Source: an uncultured Planctomycetota bacterium (GTDB taxonomy: Bacteria > Planctomycetota > Planctomycetia > Isosphaerales > Isosphaeraceae). From it: a DNA stretch of 64,000 nucleotides. Positions 62,791 through 64,000 of this stretch are shown piece after piece. The position numbers and the translations under genes are program-made. Location: assembly GCA_963737655.1 (NCBI GenBank), contig CAVTTN010000002.1:7200001-7264000 (forward strand). The letters run 5' to 3'. Each line of letters starts with the position of its first letter. Positions within the stretch are counted from its first letter, which is position 1. The notes beneath the pieces were generated by a model. The model made no database searches and had not been told where the DNA came from. It saw only the letters and a list, made by a program, of their open reading frames with translations.

Positions 62791-63999
62791 TCAGCCCGGC
62801 TCGCTTTCGCGAGACACCGAATCGCCCTCGCCGGCCTTCTCCGGCCGGGTGATCAGCATCGGGATCTCCAGGCCGTGGCGGACCCGATCGACGGTCTGGC
62901 CGAACAGGAGGTCGCGGACCAGCCCGTGACCGTGAGATCCCACCACCAGCAGATCGACCGGCTCTCGGCGGAGCCGGGCCACCAGCTTGCCCGCGCGGTC
63001 GGGCCCGTGAAGGAGCGAGGCCGAGGCGTCGTAACCCTTGTCCCGGAGCACGGTCACGACGTCGGCGAGATACCGAGCGTCGGCCTCGGAGTGGAGGTCG
63101 CCGGTCTCGTCGCCGTAGACCCCGGTCATCGGCGTGTCGACGACGTGGAGCAAGCGGAGCTTGGTCTGTCCCGGGATGGCCAGGCTCAGGGCCCGGTTGA
63201 GGATCTCGGCGTCCCCCGAGGAGCGTTCCAGGGCGATCCCGATCGTCCCCAGGGGGCGGGGCCGCAAGGCGTCGGCCCAGTCCAGCTCGACGCTCTTGGG
63301 CTCGGCCCAGGCCGTCTTGGGCTTCAGCCACGGGCCCAGGGTGACGAACCCGAGCAGGGCGGCCGCCGAGGCGAGCACGCCGTAAAGCCCGGCCGCGACG
63401 AGCCACCAGAGCGGGACCGGCCCGATCATCCGGCCCGTCTCGCGGGCCATCCCCGTCCAGTCGCCGACCTCGTCCAGGACGAGCTTGGCGTTCAGGGCCA
63501 CGATCACCGCCGCCGTGAGCCAGGCCAGCGCCTGCACCCAGATCGGCGAGGCGAAGCCGCCCATGTGCTTCCTGCTGGACGTGAAGTGGATCAACGGGAC
63601 GACCGCGAAGGAGAGCTGGAGGCTCAAGACCACCTGGCTGAGCACCAGCAGATGCTGGGTCGCCCCTTCGCCCGAGATCGCCAGGACGGCCACCGCCGGG
63701 CTGAGCGCCAGGAGCCGGGTGACCAGCCTTCGCAGCCACGGGGCCACGCGGAGGTCCAGGTAGCCCTCCATCACGATCTGCCCGGCCAGCGTGCCGGTCA
63801 GCGTCGAGCTCTGGCCGGCGCACAACAGGGCGATCCCGAACAGGATCGGCGCGGCCGAGCCGAGGAACCGGGGCAGGAGGCGATACGCGTCCTGGATGCT
63901 CGCCACGGCCTCGGCGTTGCGGTGGAAGACCGACGCGCTCAGCACCAGGATGGCCGCATTCACGAAGAACGCCGCGTTCAGCGCCAGGGCCGAATCGAC
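62791..63999 (-). CDS. mntH: Nramp-family divalent metal transporter with C-terminal USP domain, 5'-partial
   Basis: AGQSSTLTGTLAGQIVMEG and SQVVLSLQL; USP tail DLLVVGSHGHG...LLFGQT; the frame is open to the window edge. Confidence 0.92.
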   Translation of the reverse strand, partial: VDSALALNAAFFVNAAILVLSASVFHRNAEAVASIQDAYRLLPRFLGSAAPILFGIALLCAGQSSTLTGTLAGQIVMEGYLDLRVAPWLRRLVTRLLALSPAVAVLAISGEGATQHLLVLSQVVLSLQLSFAVVPLIHFTSSRKHMGGFASPIWVQALAWLTAAVIVALNAKLVLDEVGDWTGMARETGRMIGPVPLWWLVAAGLYGVLASAAALLGFVTLGPWLKPKTAWAEPKSVELDWADALRPRPLGTIGIALERSSGDAEILNRALSLAIPGQTKLRLLHVVDTPMTGVYGDETGDLHSEADARYLADVVTVLRDKGYDASASLLHGPDRAGKLVARLRREPVDLLVVGSHGHGLVRDLLFGQTVDRVRHGLEIPMLITRPEKAGEGDSVSRESEPG

Positions 64000-64000
64000 G

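Overview
High-GC chromosomal window from a planctomycete, probably Isosphaeraceae-like; two DUF1501 + PSCyt/DUF1549/DUF1553 pairs, a DUF1559 prepilin-type gene and an ECF sigma-Ser/Thr kinase pair support this. Core genes: hisS-hisZ-hisG, rplY-pth-rpsF-ssb-rplI-dnaB (no rpsR), two M16 peptidase subunits, crcB and a partial mntH. Envelope/accessory genes: the 3' part of a giant beta-sandwich surface protein carrying an inserted Cys-bracketed helical domain with hydrophobic segments, a TolC-family protein, a TMTC-like TPR membrane protein, and a full-length cyclic beta-1,2-glucan synthase followed by an ABC exporter. Non-coding signals: a 147-bp MITE with perfect 27-bp terminal inverted repeats inserted into the loop of a GTGG-type REP/REPIN, three sigma54-type promoters, an orphan structured RNA candidate at about 62.6-62.75 kb, and an unexplained AT-rich island between convergent genes at about 34.2-34.7 kb. 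Seven single-base frameshifts, mostly in short G/C runs and including two in hisZ, most likely reflect sequencing errors. No rRNA, tRNA, CRISPR array or transposase was seen. Family assignments come from motif recognition by eye, not from database searches.
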